NCBI GenBank assembly: GCA_963783375.1
Contig: CAWANH010000029.1
Coordinates: 1,631,368 to 1,695,367 of the forward strand
Reading direction: 5' to 3'
Source of the DNA: Candidatus Eiseniibacteriota bacterium
GTDB lineage: Bacteria; Eisenbacteria; RBG-16-71-46; JABDJR01
DNA: 64,000 nucleotides
Made by a program: the position numbers and the translations under genes. Numbering within the stretch: the first letter of the stretch is position 1; every line of letters begins with the position of its first letter. The notes beneath the pieces are model-generated. The model had not been told where the DNA came from, did no database searches, and saw only the letters and a list, made by a program, of their open reading frames with translations. Below are positions 63,698 to 64,000 of the stretch, piece by piece.

Positions 63698-64000
63698 CCC
63701 TCGACGACCGCGAGCGGAGCCGCTACGCCGGCCAGCCGGTGGAAGGGTTCCGGTTCGCCCAGGGGAGCCGCCTCTGGCTCGTCACCTCCGCCGACCGCGC
63801 GATCACCCTCCCCGCCGGCGTGTTCACCCCGGAAGCCATCACCCGGAGCGAGCTCGACTTCAGCCAGGAGGACACCGGGGAGACGATCGAGTTCACGCTC
63901 CCGCGGACGAACCCGGTGGCGGCGCTCTTCGTCGGGCGACCTCCCGTCGTCGCCGGTCTGGGTCACGGTCTACCGCGCCCACCGGGGGGACGAGGACCTC
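63694..64000 (+). CDS. Baseplate hub-like protein (DUF2163/BR0599 type), 3' truncated by window
   Basis: MTLDDRERS..G.PVE.FRF...TSAD, ITRS, VYRAHRGD. Confidence 0.7.
   Translation, partial: MTLDDRERSRYAGQPVEGFRFAQGSRLWLVTSADRAITLPAGVFTPEAITRSELDFSQEDTGETIEFTLPRTNPVAALFVGRPPVVAGLGHGLPRPPGGRGP

Noticed and set aside
45322-64000. Firm call as a gene transfer agent
   Set aside because: The GTA-like holin and hub genes also occur in ordinary phages; the lambda-type portal and location in a mobile island do not support it without more context.

Overview
GC-rich bacterial DNA. FlgD/T9SS-like C-terminal domains and multiheme cytochromes suggest an FCB-group lineage such as Ca. Eisenbacteria or Krumholzibacteriota (inference only). 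There are three zones. (1) 1-17.9 kb, intact chromosomal genes: Ser/Thr kinase-TPR, RhlE helicase, octaheme and triheme cytochromes, two HDOD proteins, a ferritin/rubrerythrin, an Ntn hydrolase, a cupin, and a diheme peroxidase coupled to a Cyc2-like cytochrome-porin. (2) 17.9-39.3 kb, an accessory island cut into units by eight same-orientation mosaic repeats. Their left and right arms swap at a shared (GAC)TGGC|TC-type centre, and one symmetric copy lies in the 3' end of a large serine recombinase remnant. Cargo includes secreted proteins, a LexA-Crp fusion regulator with an RND pump, a YtrA/ABC operon and many internally deleted remnants. This candidate serine-recombinase cassette array is the main finding. 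(3) 39.4-64 kb, an IS66 remnant, a defence cluster (restriction endonuclease, MerR-HTH-fused methyltransferase, Nmad3) and a siphovirus-like morphogenesis region. Its portal/lysis and capsid/tail arms diverge from a palindrome interrupted by an ~860 bp insert. Zone 3 has many single-base frameshifts (sequencing error or decay). All alignments and family calls were made by eye, with no database searches.
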